Origin: Octopus vulgaris
Lineage: Eukaryota
Length of the DNA: 64,000 nt
Direction: 5' to 3'
Assembly (NCBI GenBank): GCA_951406725.2
Contig: OX597840.1
Coordinates: 27,466,001 to 27,530,000 of the forward strand
Each line of letters begins with the position of its first letter. Position 1 is the first letter of the stretch. This document shows positions 12,093 to 24,929 of this stretch, one piece after another. The notes beneath the pieces are model-generated. The model was given only the letters and a program-made list of their open reading frames with translations. It ran no database searches and was not told the origin of the DNA. The position numbers and the translations under genes are program-made.

Positions 12093-12617
12093 CACATATA
12101 TATATATATGCATATATTATACACATAGGGTAAACACTCCCTTCAGTCATGAATGACCATGGGACTGCCTCTAGATTGTTCCCCTCCAAGGCACAAGTCA
12201 AAGCAAGGATGTTTTGTCCAAGGGAAAGGCAAAGGGGCCAATACAGCTTGTAACCAGTGATGTCGCAACTCATTTCTACAGCTGAGTGAACTGGAGCAAC
12301 GTGAAATAAAGTGTCTTGCTCAAGAACACAACACGCAGCCCGGTCCAGGATTCGAACTCACAACCTCACGATCGTTAGCTCAACACTCTAACCACTAAGT
12401 AATACATATTATAAACACACAAACAAACATTCCAAAAGCTGCTGCATCTCACATGGAATCTTCGATCCCCTAAAGTCATCTTGCTTTAGAAATCAACCTC
12501 CCTATTTTGGCTTTAAATTCTGGTCTGAAAAATTTGACTTGTTTGCAGAAAAAATATGGTAAGTCTATGGCAGTGATTCCCAAACTTTTCACTACCAAGG
12601 ACCCCCTTTTATTTAAA

Positions 12618-13010
12618 CTAGCAGTATAGCCCAGCGTTGCTCGGGCTTGTTTTCTTTTCGACCCTTTAGAATTGGAATTTTTGAAAAGTAAAAATTTTGC
12701 ATTATGTAGCTTGTTATTCTCTTCAAGTGAACATTTTTCTGGTTGAAATACACCAAAAAATGGTGACACAGCAGTCAAAAAATCGTAAAAAATAGGGATT
12801 TTCATAGAAAAAAAGACACCTTTTTGATGTAAATAATTTTTGGTCCTAACATGGTCTGATTTGAATTTTTTCTTCTACGGAATGAAGAGCAAGCCTTCTT
12901 CTATTATACTCTCAATTTTGGTCAACTTGTGCCGCAGGGTCTTGGAGGAGATAGTGTTAGTTGAAGGCTACCAAACCTGCCATACACAGACAACTTCAGC
13001 TTTATATAAA
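12618..13010 (-). mobile_element. Non-autonomous Helitron, family H2
   Basis: 3' hairpin CCCGAGCAACGCTGGG then TACTGCTAG|T on minus strand; 5' end TTTATATAAAGCTGAAGTTG; related copies at 48526-48980. Confidence 0.8.
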
Positions 13011-13022
13011 TACTGTTTTACC

Positions 13023-13213
13023 TTTTACTCTTTTACTTGTTTCAGTTATTTGACTGCGGCCATGCTGGAGCACCACCTTTAGTCGACCACATCGACCCCA
13101 GGACTTATTCTTTGTAAGCCTAGTACCTATTTTTGCCGGACCGCTAAGTTATGGGGACGTAAACACACCAGCATCGGTTGTCAAGCGATGTTGGGGGGAA
13201 GAGACAACCACAG

Positions 13214-13266
<53 letters not shown>

Positions 13267-13428
13267 CATACGACGGGCTTCCTTCAGTTTCTGCCTACCA
13301 AATCCACTCACAAGGCTTTGGTCGGCCCGAGGCTATAGTAGAAGACACTTGCCCAAGATGCCACGCAATGGGACTGAACCCGGAACCATGTGGTTGGTAA
13401 ACAAGCTACTTACCACACAGCCACTCCT
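13023..13428 (-). mobile_element. SINE family A
   Basis: Reverse-complement match to 1089-1503. Confidence 0.9.
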
Positions 13429-14273
13429 AGATTTATCTTTTGTTGAAGAATGTCGTGTTTGAAGCTGCTTGCTGTTGAGATATGTCGACTTTATCGAGGC
13501 TATGCGACTTACAGAAAATGGCAATTCTATTTTTTTCCCACAGATATTTAACATCATTGCTTGGACTACCAGGAAATGTAATTTGACAGTAAAAGTGTTA
13601 ATGAGTTCATTGTATATGCAGCTCAGACGTACACTACAACTCGTTGGGAAAAGGTTAAAAAGAGGGGGTGGAAAAGCAGTAGTAAGCGAACAAGAAGCAT
13701 GAGAGAATGGGTGGATGAGGTGGGGGATATTTTTTTCTCTCAGGCACCCGTATATTAACCCATTTTACGAGTGAAATCAAATATATCTATTCAAAGTTTC
13801 ATTACCCTTAATTGTGAAAAAGCGTTTTTAATATTCCAATTCATCTCTTGTTGAAGAATGTCATGTTTGAAACTGTTTTCTGTCGAGATGTGTCGAGTTT
13901 ACTGTGGCGACATGATTTGCAGAAAATACCAAATTCTCGCGAAGAACCCCGGCCTGAATGTGTTAACACAGCGCCAGCACATGTGTATTTTATGTGGCAC
14001 TGACACCCGTAAAGGACAAGTCCGTATGTACGGAAGACAGCGATTTTACTCAGCTTGAGATGTCTTCTCAAGCACAGCAAATTGCCACATCTCCCAGCCC
14101 CCTTGCCATTTGCTCAGCAAGGCCCAAAATGCTAAGATCCTTCCTCATCCGTCCCTACGTCTCTGGATCTAAATTCCACAGGTACCCTCCACTTAGCCAT
14201 AGTGATACTAATAAACCCCCTCAGCTCCTCATATAAATGCTGACCCTGTCACTTGGATTTTGTCAGCATGGAG

Positions 14274-14692
14274 AGGCGCAGGAGTGGCTGTGTGGTAAGT
14301 AGCTTGTTTACCAACCACATGGTTCCGAGTTCAGTCCAACTGTGTGGCACCTTGGGCAAGTGTCTTCTACTATAGCCCGGGCCGACCAAAGCCATGTGAG
14401 TGGATTTGGTAGACGGAAACTGAAAGAAGCTCGTCATATATATGTATATATATATATATATATGTGTGTGCTTGTATGTTTGTGTGTCTGTGTTTGTCCC
14501 CCCAACATCGCTTGACAACCGATGCTGGTGTGTTTATGTCCCCTTCACTTAGCGGTTCGGCAAAAGAGACCGATAGAATAAGTACTGGGCTTACAAAAAA
14601 GAATAAGTCCCGGGGTCGAGTTGCTCGATTAAAGGCGGTACCCCAGCATGGCCGCAGTCCAAAATGACTGAAACGAGTAAAAAGAGAAAAAG
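14274..14692 (+). mobile_element. SINE family A
   Basis: Match to 1089-1503. Confidence 0.9.
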
Positions 14693-15511
14693 AGATGCCA
14701 GGCAAAAGGCTTAACGGCATTTCATCTGTCCCTACGTTCTGTGTCTAAATTCCACCGAGGTGGACTTTACCCTCCATCCTCTCACAGCCAATAAAAATAA
14801 GTACCGATTGAGTACTGAGAAGGAGGGGGTCAATATAATTGCCTAACTCCCTCCCACCACAGTAGGAAAGATTATTATTATTATTATATGAAGGCTGCTT
14901 AGCGGCATTTCATCTGTTGCTGCATTCTAAGTTCAAATTCCAAGGTTGACTTTACCTTTCATGGGGGGGGGGGGGTCAATGTAATCAATCACTCCCCCAC
15001 CCCCAAATTGCAGGCCTTGTGCCTTTAGTAGAAAGGATTACTGAGAGTTGAAGGGGGAAGTGCTGTCCTCGAGTGAGTTTAGTGAAAGGTGGGTGGAAGA
15101 TGCGAAAATGGCAAGAGTGGATGGTACCTCTCCCTAAGTGTAGACCTGTGAGTCGGAGAGAAGGAATTGGAGTGGGCACCTGCTCTTGTGGTTTCAGAGA
15201 AATCTCGGCCAGTGGGGTTCCACGATTATCCCTTGAGGCCTTCCTGTATGAGGAAGGTCACATCTCTGTCATCCTCCATGCCACTTGTTTTTCTTTTTAC
15301 CTTTGTATGCTATACATATCTTGCAAACAACTTGCACATGCAAGTGCAACCAGTCAAAAGCTCCGTATACCGGAAGCCAGCAAGTGTATGGGGTCATCGG
15401 GAGAGAATGCGTGACGTTTCGGGGCCTACCTCTCGACGGCATCAATGCGCACCGGCCCCCCTCACTGATATGAGGCCCCGCTTGCTAGATCAGCTGGTTA
15501 TGAAGTTAAAC

Positions 15512-15830
15512 TCAATATACTTCTAGCCATCGCTCATCGTCTCTTTTTAACCAAATCCAGTGGCTAGCCTTCTCCACTGTAGTTTGGATATCAGTCATGG
15601 TGGTATTGACTTTACGATGAGTTAGGCCTAGCGATAACAACAGTCGTCTCACGCTGTGTCCAACAAACCCTCTACATCTGACTTCGATAGGAAAATGTTC
15701 CGCTTTCCAGCCTGCGTCTTCACATTCCTCGAGGAGGTTTACATAACGGTTCAATTTTCGAGCCCAAGTGGCATCCATATTATCTTCATGAGGAACCTTT
15801 AGCTCGACTATATTTACAACTTTCCAGTGT
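15512..15830 (-). mobile_element. HERO-type REL C-terminus (distinct subfamily)
   Basis: VNIVELKVPHEDNMDATWARKLNRY...EDAGWKAEHFPIEVRCRGFVG...EKASHWIWLKR. Confidence 0.85.
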
Positions 15831-15939
15831 AGACCATGTATACTTACTTTTTATTTTTTTTATCCTTTCATTATATGTAAAGCCCCCAAACTTTGTCTTT
15901 GCATTGACCCCTTCATCGTGCATCCTTGTGGCAAATAAA

Positions 15940-17290
15940 TCATCATCATCATCATCGTCTAACGTCCGCTTTCCATGCTAGCATGGGTTGGACGGTTCGA
16001 CTGGGGGAGGTCTGGGAAGCCAGAAGGCTGCACCAGGCTCTAGTCTGGTCTGGCAGTGTTTCTACAGCTGGATGCCCTTCCTAACACCTAAAGCAGCATC
16101 ATCATCATTGTTATAAACACCGTTATCACCACCACCACCACCGCTATTGTCATCATCATCAACACCACCCCAACCACCACCATCATCATCATCACCATTA
16201 TTGCCATAACCACCACATATATATATCATCATCATCATCATCGTTTAACGTCCGCTTTCCATGCTAGCATGGGTTGGACGGTTCGACCGGGGGTCTGGAA
16301 GCCAGGAGGCTGCGCCAGGCTCCAGTCTGTTCTGGCAGTGTTTCTACAGCTGGATGCACTTCCTAACGCCAACCACTCTGTGAGTGTAGAGCGTGCTTTT
16401 TACGTGCCAGGGGAGGCTGGCAACAGCCACAATCGGTTCATGCTTTTTACGTGCCACCGGCACAGAAGCCAGTCATGGCAGCACTGGCATCAGCCACGTT
16501 CGGAAGGTGCTTTTTACGTGCCACCGGCACAGGTGCCAGGGGAGGCTGGCAAACGGCCATGATCGGTTGGTGTTTTTTACGTGCCCCCGGCACAGAAGCC
16601 AGTCGAGGCGGCACTGGCAAACGGCCATGATCGGTTGGTGCTTTTTACGTGCCACCGGCACAGGTATCACAACTACAATTTCCATTTGACATTTATTTTC
16701 ATGTTGATGCACTTGACTCAACAGGTCTCCTCAAGCACTTTCTGAGTTCAAATTCCACCAAGGTCGATTTCGCCTTTCATCCTTTCGGGGTTAATAAATT
16801 AAGTAGCAGTGAAACACTGAGGTCAATAAACTTTGCCTTTCATCCTTTCAGGGTTGATAAATTAAGTACCAGTGAATACACCGGGGTCAATGTCATCATC
16901 ATCATCATCATCATCATTGTTTAATCCATGTAGCATGGGTTGGACGGTTAGACTGGGGTCTGACCAGGAGGCTGAATCATTTGGCAGTGTCTACATGGAT
17001 GCCCTTCAGTCACTAAACCTCATCCGTTATCATCATATCATTGTTTAACGTCCGCTTTCCATGCTAGCATGGGTTGGACGGTTAGACTGGGGTCTGGGAA
17101 GCCAGGAGGCTGCACCAGGCTCCATTCTGATCTGGCAGTGTTTCTACAGCTGGATGCCCTTCCTAACGCCAACCACTCTGTGAGTGTAGTGGGTGCTTTC
17201 TACCTGCCACCAGCACAGGGGGGCCAGTCAGGCAGTACTGGCAACGACCTTGCTTGAATTCTTTTACACATGCCACCAGCACAGGTGCAA
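15940..17290 (-). mobile_element. Cluster of a repeat with (ATG)n tail and internal ~60-bp tandem units (RTE-related SINE-like), interleaved with family D fragments
   Basis: Four copies of CATCATCGTTTAACGTCCGCTTTCCATGCTAGCATGGGTTGGACGG...CAGCTGGATGCCCTTCCTAAC; units TTTTTACGTGCCACCGGCACAG at 16390-16670; opposite-strand copy at ~19355-19500. Confidence 0.65.
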
Positions 17291-17349
17291 TCCTTCCCAC
17301 CAAATTTGAGGCCCTGGGCTTCCAGTAGAAAGGATTATTATTATTATTA

Positions 17350-18046
17350 TCTTTATATATAAAAGTGAAGTTGTGTGTCTGTCTGTCTCCTACGATTTAG
17401 ATTCCTAACTACTCCCACATTTTGTGGTGCAGTTTAACCAAAACCAGGTATCTTATAGTCGTGATTCATATTGAGCCCTTCTGGGTATTAGTGCGCGTCT
17501 ACGATGTGTCTACGATTTAAAAAAAAAATTACCATAATTTTTTCCCATTTTTAATGCATTTTTGGCATATATAAGGAAAGTAACTCTCTAAAAATGTATT
17601 ATTAAATCTCAGAACGTAAAAAGCCACAGTAACACTCCCCCCTTTGTGGTTAGCTATATTGAGATGGCTCTTATACTTTACATCTCTAAAAATGCTTATA
17701 TAGTTATTTCCCTTACAAACCCGAGCAACGCCGGGCAATACTGCTAGTCTTTATATATAAAAGTGAGGTTGTGTGCTGTCTGTCTCCTACGATTTAGATT
17801 CCTAACTACTCCCACATTTTGCGGTGCAGTTTAACCAAAACCGGGTATCTTATAGTCGTGATTCATATCGAGCCCTTCTGGGTATTAGCGCGTGTCTACG
17901 ATAAGTCTACGATTTAAAAAAAAATTTACCATAATTTTTTCCCATTTTTAATGCATTTTTGGCATATATAAGGGAAGTAACTTTCTAAAAATGCTTATAT
18001 AGTTATTTCCCTTACAAACCCGAGCAACGCCGGGCGATACTGCTAG
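17350..18046 (+). mobile_element. Non-autonomous Helitron family H1, head-to-tail dimer (17350-17747, 17748-18046)
   Basis: A|TC 5' end, 3' hairpin CCCGAGCAACGCCGGG and CTAG; junction CTAG|TC with no spacer. Confidence 0.88.
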
Positions 18047-18329
18047 AAGAAAATAAAAACATTTTTTGTAAACATTTATTATCATAATTTGAAAGAAGCG
18101 ATTATTATAATAATGTTCTTATTCAGGCATATAACTGTTTGTTGTTGATGTTGTTATTGTTGTTGTAGTTATATAGTTGAAGCCTGGCACAGTATTTAAG
18201 TGTTGGTACAAACATTTGAAAACAGTCAAAACAGTAAAAAGGGAGGAAGGGAGGGCAAGGGAGGAGGGGGGCAGGCTGAGACAGTCCCTAATCACCGAAG
18301 TCTTTGCCTTCCCCCTCACTCCCCACCCA

Positions 18330-19110
18330 TGTTCAGCTTGGGGGGAGGGAGGGAGGGAAGGGGGGAGGAAGAGAGAGAGAGAGAGAGAAAGGGCGATAAT
18401 AAAGGGAATCAAGAAAAAAAGTCAGTCTCAGAGGAGGAGGGGGAGGCGAGGGAGGAAGAGGAGAAAGGAGAAGAGGAAGGAGAGGGGAAAGGGGAGGTGG
18501 AGGGGAGGAGGAAGAAGTGGGGGGAGAAGTGGAGGAGGAGGAGGAGGATGTGGAGGAGGAGGGGAGGCGGAGGCGGGGGAGGAGGAAGAGGAAGAAGGGG
18601 AGGAAGAAGAAAAGGACGGGGGAAAAAGAGGAAGAAGAAAAGATGAGGGGAAAAAGAGGAAGAAGAAAAGATGAGGGGGAGGGGAGGAGAGGAAGAAGAG
18701 GGGGAAGAGGAAGAAGAGGGGGGAGGAGGAAGAAGAGAATGGGGAGGAGGGTGGAGGAGATGAGGAAGAAGAGGAGGATGGGGGAAAAAGAGGAAGAAGA
18801 AAAGATGAGGGGGAAAAAGAGGAAGAGGAAGAAGAGGGGGAAGAGGAAGAAGAGGGGGAAGAGGAAGAAGAGGGGGGAGGAGGAAGAAGAGAATGGGGAG
18901 GAGGGTGGAGGAGATGAGGAAGAAGAGAGGACGGGGAGGAGGGGTGGAGGAGAGGAGGAAGAAGAGGACGGGGAGGAGGGGTGGAGAAGAGGAGGAAGAA
19001 GAGGACGGGGAGGACGAGGAGGAAGAGGAAGAGGACGAGGAGGAGGAGTGGAGGAGGAGGAAGAAGAAGAGGATGGGAGGTGGAGGATCAAAAACAAAAA
19101 AAGAAAAAGA
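18330..19110. repeat. Polypurine (GA-rich) low-complexity tract with internal duplications
   Basis: Direct. Confidence 0.95.
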
Positions 19111-19514
19111 AGACATTAGGTTTCCATGTCAAAGTAATCAATAATTGGTTTGGATTCCGGTTTGGCTGAGTTACCGACAACGGATTGGTAAGAGCCTTTG
19201 CTGAGAACCACACAACCTTGTTTGGAGTCTTGAGACTTCCTGGAAATACACAGAAAAAAAAACATTTAGCCACATTCGGGAAAGAAAAAAAAATCATATC
19301 ACTGCAATATATAAATATACACATGAGCAACCGATAGACAGACAGACAGACATTGGTTAGCATTAGGAAAGGCATCCAGCCGTAGAAACCATGCCAAATC
19401 AGACTGGTGTCGGGTGCAGCTCCCCTCCCAGCTTGACCTCCCAGCTCTGGTCACACTGTCCAACCCATGCCAGAACGGACAAGATGTTAAATGGTGATGG
19501 TATATAGAAATATA

Positions 19515-19932
19515 AGGTGGCGAGCTGGCAGACTCGTTAGCACGCTGGGCGAAATGCTTAGTAGTATTTCGTCTGCCGTTACTTTCTGAGTTCAAATTCC
19601 ACCGAGGTCGACTTTGCCTTTCATCCTTTCGGGTTCGATAAATTAAGTACCAGTTATACACTAGGGTCGGTGTAATCAACTTAATCCGTTTGTCTGTCCT
19701 TGTTTGTCCTCTCTGTGTTTAGCCCCTTGTGGGTAGTAAAGAAATAGGTATTTCGTCTGCCGTTACATTCTGAGTTCAAATTCCGCCGAGGTCGACTTTG
19801 CCTTTCATCCTTTCGGGTCGATAAATTAAGTACCAGTTACGCACTGAGGTCGATGTAATCGACTTAATCCCTCTGTCTGTCCTTGTTTGTCCCCTCTGAG
19901 TTTAGCCCCTAGTGGGTAGTAAAGAAATAGGT
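19515..19932 (+). mobile_element. SINE family D, dimer
   Basis: GGCGAGCTGGCAGA.TCGTTAGCACG...GAGTTCAAATTCC...GCCTTTCATCCTTTCGGGGTCGATAAATTAAGTACCAG; many copies in window. Confidence 0.85.
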
Positions 19933-20069
19933 ATATATAAATTTACATAAGGCTTACAAACCTGACAAATTTAAAACCGCACCTCCATAAATTAAAAAGA
20001 AATAATTAAGAACAGCCTTAATTGATTTTCAAACCTAATTGGGATCTCACCAGTTGTCTACATCAGTAG

Positions 20070-20250
20070 ACAAACAACTTACAGACAGGACTGTTGTGTG
20101 GCATGGTGTGGGGTCCCGTTGCCAGACATAGGATGTTCCAGCAGCCACCCTCTTACCCAGGGCACCACGACCTTCTCCGGGCACTTGATGTAGGCCTCCG
20201 TGGTTGAGTCTGAGGCCGTGTGGGAATTGTCTGTCGAAGAATTGACTGCT
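20070..20250 (-). mobile_element. Tc1/mariner (maT-like) transposase relic
   Basis: GLRLN...KRVAAGTSYVWQRDPTPCHT resembles the YVWQQDSAPCHT second-Asp motif. Confidence 0.65.
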
Positions 20251-20621
20251 CACGGTTTAGGGGAGACAGACAGGCTGAGACAGCATGGTGGGGTGGAGGG
20301 GAACAGGTTGGCTGAGAAATGAGATCAGAAGATGTAAGGGAGACAACTGTGTGTAGTGGCAAACAACAAACGTTGATCTCAAGGAAATGTGAGAGACAGG
20401 AACAGTCGGGTTAGGGTGTCTGACTTGGAATTTGTAACAGGGGTCAGGAACCCAATGTGGCTGAAGCACTTCCTGGCTTTAACAAGGAATTCCTGTATTA
20501 GTGTTGTGATGCAGTTAGGACAAAGATACAGACGAGATAAAGAGATTCATAATAACGGAGATCATTCACAGACGGTGACGCTTAGCAAAGGAAGACACAT
20601 GGCAAGGAATCTGAGACTTAC

Positions 20622-20723
20622 TTATCCTTCTCTTCGTGCTTGTAAGAAGAGATTGGTAAAAGAACTTTGCGTTCCTTCTGCAGCAGAGCCGTTAATGTAA
20701 CAGATGGCATCCAGCACTTGTCT
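20622..20723 (-). CDS. Candidate exon (102 bp; alternative acceptor extends it to 20775)
   Basis: Acceptor TTTCTCTTTCAG, donor AA|GTAAGT; open frame DKCWMPSVTLTALLQKERKVLLPISSYKHEEKD; unique sequence. Product unknown. Confidence 0.35.
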   Translation of the reverse strand, partial: RQVLDAICYINGSAAEGTQSSFTNLFLQARREG

Positions 20724-20797
20724 CTGAAAGAGAAAGAGGTCGACATCGAAAGGGAGTTAGAGGTGGAGGAGGTAGCTGAGAAAAACACAATATTACT

Positions 20798-21300
20798 ACA
20801 TGTGGGACGTGGTGACATGTGAGGACGTGGTGACACGTGGGGTGTGGTGGCATGTGGGGCGTGGTGGCATGTGGGACGTGTTGAGATGTGGGATGTGTTG
20901 AGATGTGGGACGCGGTAACATGTGGGACGCGGTAACATGTAGGGCATGGCAACATGTGTGACATTGCAACATGTGGGACGCGGTAACATGCAGGACATGG
21001 CAACAGGTGTGGCGTGGCAACATGTGAGATGCGGTAACATGTGGGACGTGGTAACATGTGGGGCATGTAACATGTGGAACGTGGTAACATGTGGAATGTG
21101 GTGACATGTGGAAAGGAACATGTTCGATGGTATTATATGTAGAATGAAGTAACATGGAGGTAGTGGAAACATGTGAGATGGTGCTACATGTAGATTTGGA
21201 TAGCATTGTGTGGAATAACATGTAGGATGGAGTGACATGTAGGGCAGCACTACATGTAGAACATGAAGCTTTATGATGTTGCAAGGTGGTATTTGAAACA
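20798..21300. repeat. Degenerate ~17-bp minisatellite (ACATGTGGGACGCGGTA)
   Basis: More than 20 units, decaying rightward. Confidence 0.9.
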
Positions 21301-21348
21301 TAACAAAAGACAAATCTTTAAGGCACAAGATTTGAATTTATACAGAAT

Positions 21349-21765
21349 AGGCGCAGGAGTGGCTGTGTGGTAAGTAGCTTGCTAACCAACCACATGGTTC
21401 CGGGTTCAGTCCCACTGCGTGGCACCTTGGGCAAGTGTCTTTTACTATAGCCTCGGGCTGACTAAAGCCTTGTGAGAGGATTTGGTAGACGGAAACTGAA
21501 AGAAGCCCGTCGTATATATATGTGTGTGTGTGTGTGCGTGTGTGTATGTCTGTGTGTGTGTGTTTTTCCCCACCCCCAACATCGCTTGACAACCGATACT
21601 GGTGTGTTTACGTCCCCGTAACTTAGCGGTTCGGCAAAAGAGACCGATAGAATAAGTACTAGGCTTACAAACAATAAGTGCTGGGGTCGATTTGCTCAAC
21701 TAAAAGCGGTGCTCCAGCATGGCCACAGTCACATGACTGAAACAAGTAAAAGAGTAAAAAAGTAA
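21349..21765 (+). mobile_element. SINE family A
   Basis: Match to 1089-1503. Confidence 0.9.
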
Positions 21766-22269
21766 ACTTTAAAATAGATTTTAGATGATATAACCAGAGG
21801 TGGTCACGTGTGGATTGCCATCGAAAGAAAAAGAATTAATTGCTACTTACTTGCGAGCAATAGCCACGACATTGCGGTTGGGTTCGTTATCGTACGACTC
21901 GGTCGTGCAACCAAAGTGCTCAGCCATTTCGTGCACAACTTTACGATGTTCTCGGTTCATTGGTGAGAAGGAATGGCTGCGATAATTCTGTTTCATCTGG
22001 AGATCGGAGAGAAGACAAAGAGAAACAGCTTTTCAGTAAGTGGTTAACCACGATGAGGTGATGAGGTTTGACTTCTTTTGGTATCAAACTCAGCCTGAGA
22101 CGGTCCCGTTTCTATGATATAAACTCCTTATTTTAAAGTGATCCAACCCTTTCACCATCATTGTTCGACCGTGGTCGAGACAATGGAATTTACCATGCTA
22201 TGCCAGACTTCACGGTCCATCATAGCATTACGGAGGTCCTGTTGCTGGATGCCTGTATCCCTGGAGATT

Positions 22270-22840
22270 ACATCAGGGTAGAGAGTGTGCGCCCTCTGGT
22301 ATCGCGAGCAGATGGCTTCCAGAGGAGAAGAGTAGAAATTACCTCGTTTTCAGCTCTACAACAATGTCCAGCAAACTGGACTCTTCTACCTTTCACAAGA
22401 GATGATACAGGTGGTAGTTTCCCATATATTTGTACTTTGGTTGGATGACGCTTCCACAAGAGATTTTGAGCTCTCATAAGGAGGCGAGTGTAGGTTCCAT
22501 CCAACCGCCTCTCGAGCTTCTTTGATAACGTCCAGGTTTCTAAGCCATATAGTAGAATTGGTTCAACAGTGGCTTTGAAGATTTCAAGTTTGAAATCTCA
22601 ACAACCCTGCAACCTATGGCTCTGAGATGATACAGGTGGTAGCTTCCCATATATTTGTACTTTGGTTGGATGACACTTCCACAAGAGATTTTGAGCTCTC
22701 ATAAGGAGGCGAGTGTAGGTTCCATCCAACCGCCTCTCAAGCTTCTTTGATAACGTCCCGGTTTCTGAGCCATATAGTAGAATTGGTTCAACTGTGGCTT
22801 TGAAGATTTTAAGCTTGAAATCTCTACTTAGATTTGATGA
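22270..22840 (-). mobile_element. RTE-clade LINE fragments (two overlapping-content copies) abutting the gap
   Basis: FKATVEPILLYGLETWTLSKKLERRLDGTYTRLL...FAGHCCRAENEVISTLLLWKPS...RGR. Confidence 0.85.
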
Positions 22841-22940
22841 NNNNNNNNNNNNNNNNNNNNNNNNNNNNNNNNNNNNNNNNNNNNNNNNNNNNNNNNNNNN
22901 NNNNNNNNNNNNNNNNNNNNNNNNNNNNNNNNNNNNNNNN
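22841..22940. other. Assembly gap (100 N)
   Basis: Direct. Confidence 1.
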
Positions 22941-23437
22941 AGTCTACTGTCAGCAATTAGAGCATTTGAACCATGCCTTGAAGAAAAAAAAGACCTGCTT
23001 TAGTGAATCAATATACAAACTTATACGTCCATACACCACTATTGTTCCTGAACGTTGTTCTTTATATCTTCTACAGACTGCTCGAGGTTTACTAACTTCC
23101 TACACTCTGCTATTTGGAACTTGTGTGTACAGATTATTGGCCATAAATGTGATTTGAATCTCACTGAGGGGGCGAAATTAAACCGAGACATATCAGGATT
23201 TCTCATTGAATATAGCTAAGAGGTAGATCTGCCTCACTCTCCACACCCAGCATGTAGATCGCTATCTAATTATTGAGTGATTAAAATTTGGAATTTATCT
23301 CCGTGGGCTTATTCGCGATTAATTTTCGTGAACGCTAATTACTGTGCCGCAGTGCTGAAAATAGATTTTAATCTGTCGCTGATTTACAATTTATTTTCTG
23401 CTCATTACCTTAAGTTTGTGAATCTGTACTATATTCC

Positions 23438-23533
<96 letters not shown>

Positions 23534-23550
23534 GTAAATAGATAGATAGG

Positions 23551-23601
<51 letters not shown>

Positions 23602-23663
23602 ATGTAGATTATTGATCGAAATTGATACTAACTATATGTGACCATACATATATATATATGTAT

Positions 23664-24052
23664 AGGCGCAGGAGTGTCTGTGTTGTAAGTAGCTTGCTTA
23701 TCAACCAAATGGTCCCGGGTTCAGTCCCACTACGTGGCACCTTGGGCAAGTGTCTTCTACTATAGCTTCGGGCTGACCAAAGCTTTGTGAGTGGATTTGG
23801 TAGACGGAAACTGGAAGAAACCCGTCGTATATGTATATATATATATGTATGTGTGTGTGTATACGTTTGTGTGTCTGTCTTTTCAACCGATGCTGGTGTG
23901 TTTACGTCCACGTAACTTTAGCGGTTCGGCAAAAGAGACCGATAGAATAAGTACTAGGCTTACAAAGATTAAGCTGTGGGGTCGATTTGCTCGTCTATAA
24001 AGGCGGTGCTCCAGCATGGTCGCAGTCAAATGACGGAAACAAGTAAAAGAGT
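23664..24052 (+). mobile_element. SINE family A
   Basis: Match to 1089-1503. Confidence 0.88.
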
Positions 24053-24065
24053 GTGTATGTATGTG

Positions 24066-24128
<63 letters not shown>

Positions 24129-24423
24129 ATATGTAGAAAAATACGAACTAGGACAAGAACGTAAAACATTTAGAAGACGATACAAAAAACACGGATGGGG
24201 CATTCGAAGCCTTCAATCTTCAGTCAAGAACCGGATCATCCTCGCAATTTCGGCTGTATATATATATATACACACGCTTATGTATAATACATTGATATAC
24301 GTATATACTCATGAATGTCATATATATAGTATACATACACACACATAAGCGTAGTTGTATACATGTAGGCGTGCACACATGTGTGTGTATGTATGTATAT
24401 ATGTACATGTATATATACGTAAA

Positions 24424-24530
24424 TATACAGTTCCAGTGATGGATTTGATCTGTAGTCTTCGAATTAGCTTCCCTCTTTCTAGTTTGGAGAAGCCTAATTT
24501 CTCAAGAATGATATTTAGGCAGTTTGGTAT
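24424..24530 (-). mobile_element. REL-type non-LTR retrotransposon extreme C-terminus, copy 1
   Basis: IPNCLNIILEKLGFSKLERGKLIRRLQIKSITGTV; duplicate at 26369-26590. Confidence 0.55.
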
Positions 24531-24851
24531 ATATGTATGTCTGTATGTATGTATGTATGTATGCATGAATGTATGTATGTATGTATGTATGAATGTATGT
24601 ATGTATGAATGTATGTATGTATGTATGTATGCATGAATGTATGTATGTATGTATGTATGTATGTATGTATGTATGTATGTATGCATGCATGAATGTATGT
24701 ATGTATGTATGTATGCATGAATGTATGTATGTATGTATGTATGTATGTATGTATGTATGTATGTATGCATGAATGTATATATGTATGTATGTATGTATGT
24801 ATGCATGTATGTATGTATGTATGTGTGTATGTATGTATGTATGAATGAATG

Positions 24852-24885
<34 letters not shown>

Positions 24886-24895
24886 TGAATGAATG

Positions 24896-24929
<34 letters not shown>

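Noticed and set aside
20700-20723. DKCWMP resembling the protocadherin CM2 motif (GHSD.CWMP)
   Set aside because: Only a few residues match; no GHS context and no cadherin exons in the window.
22625-22840. Duplicated RTE segment as a biological tandem
   Set aside because: Abuts the N gap and may be a haplotype or assembly overlap.
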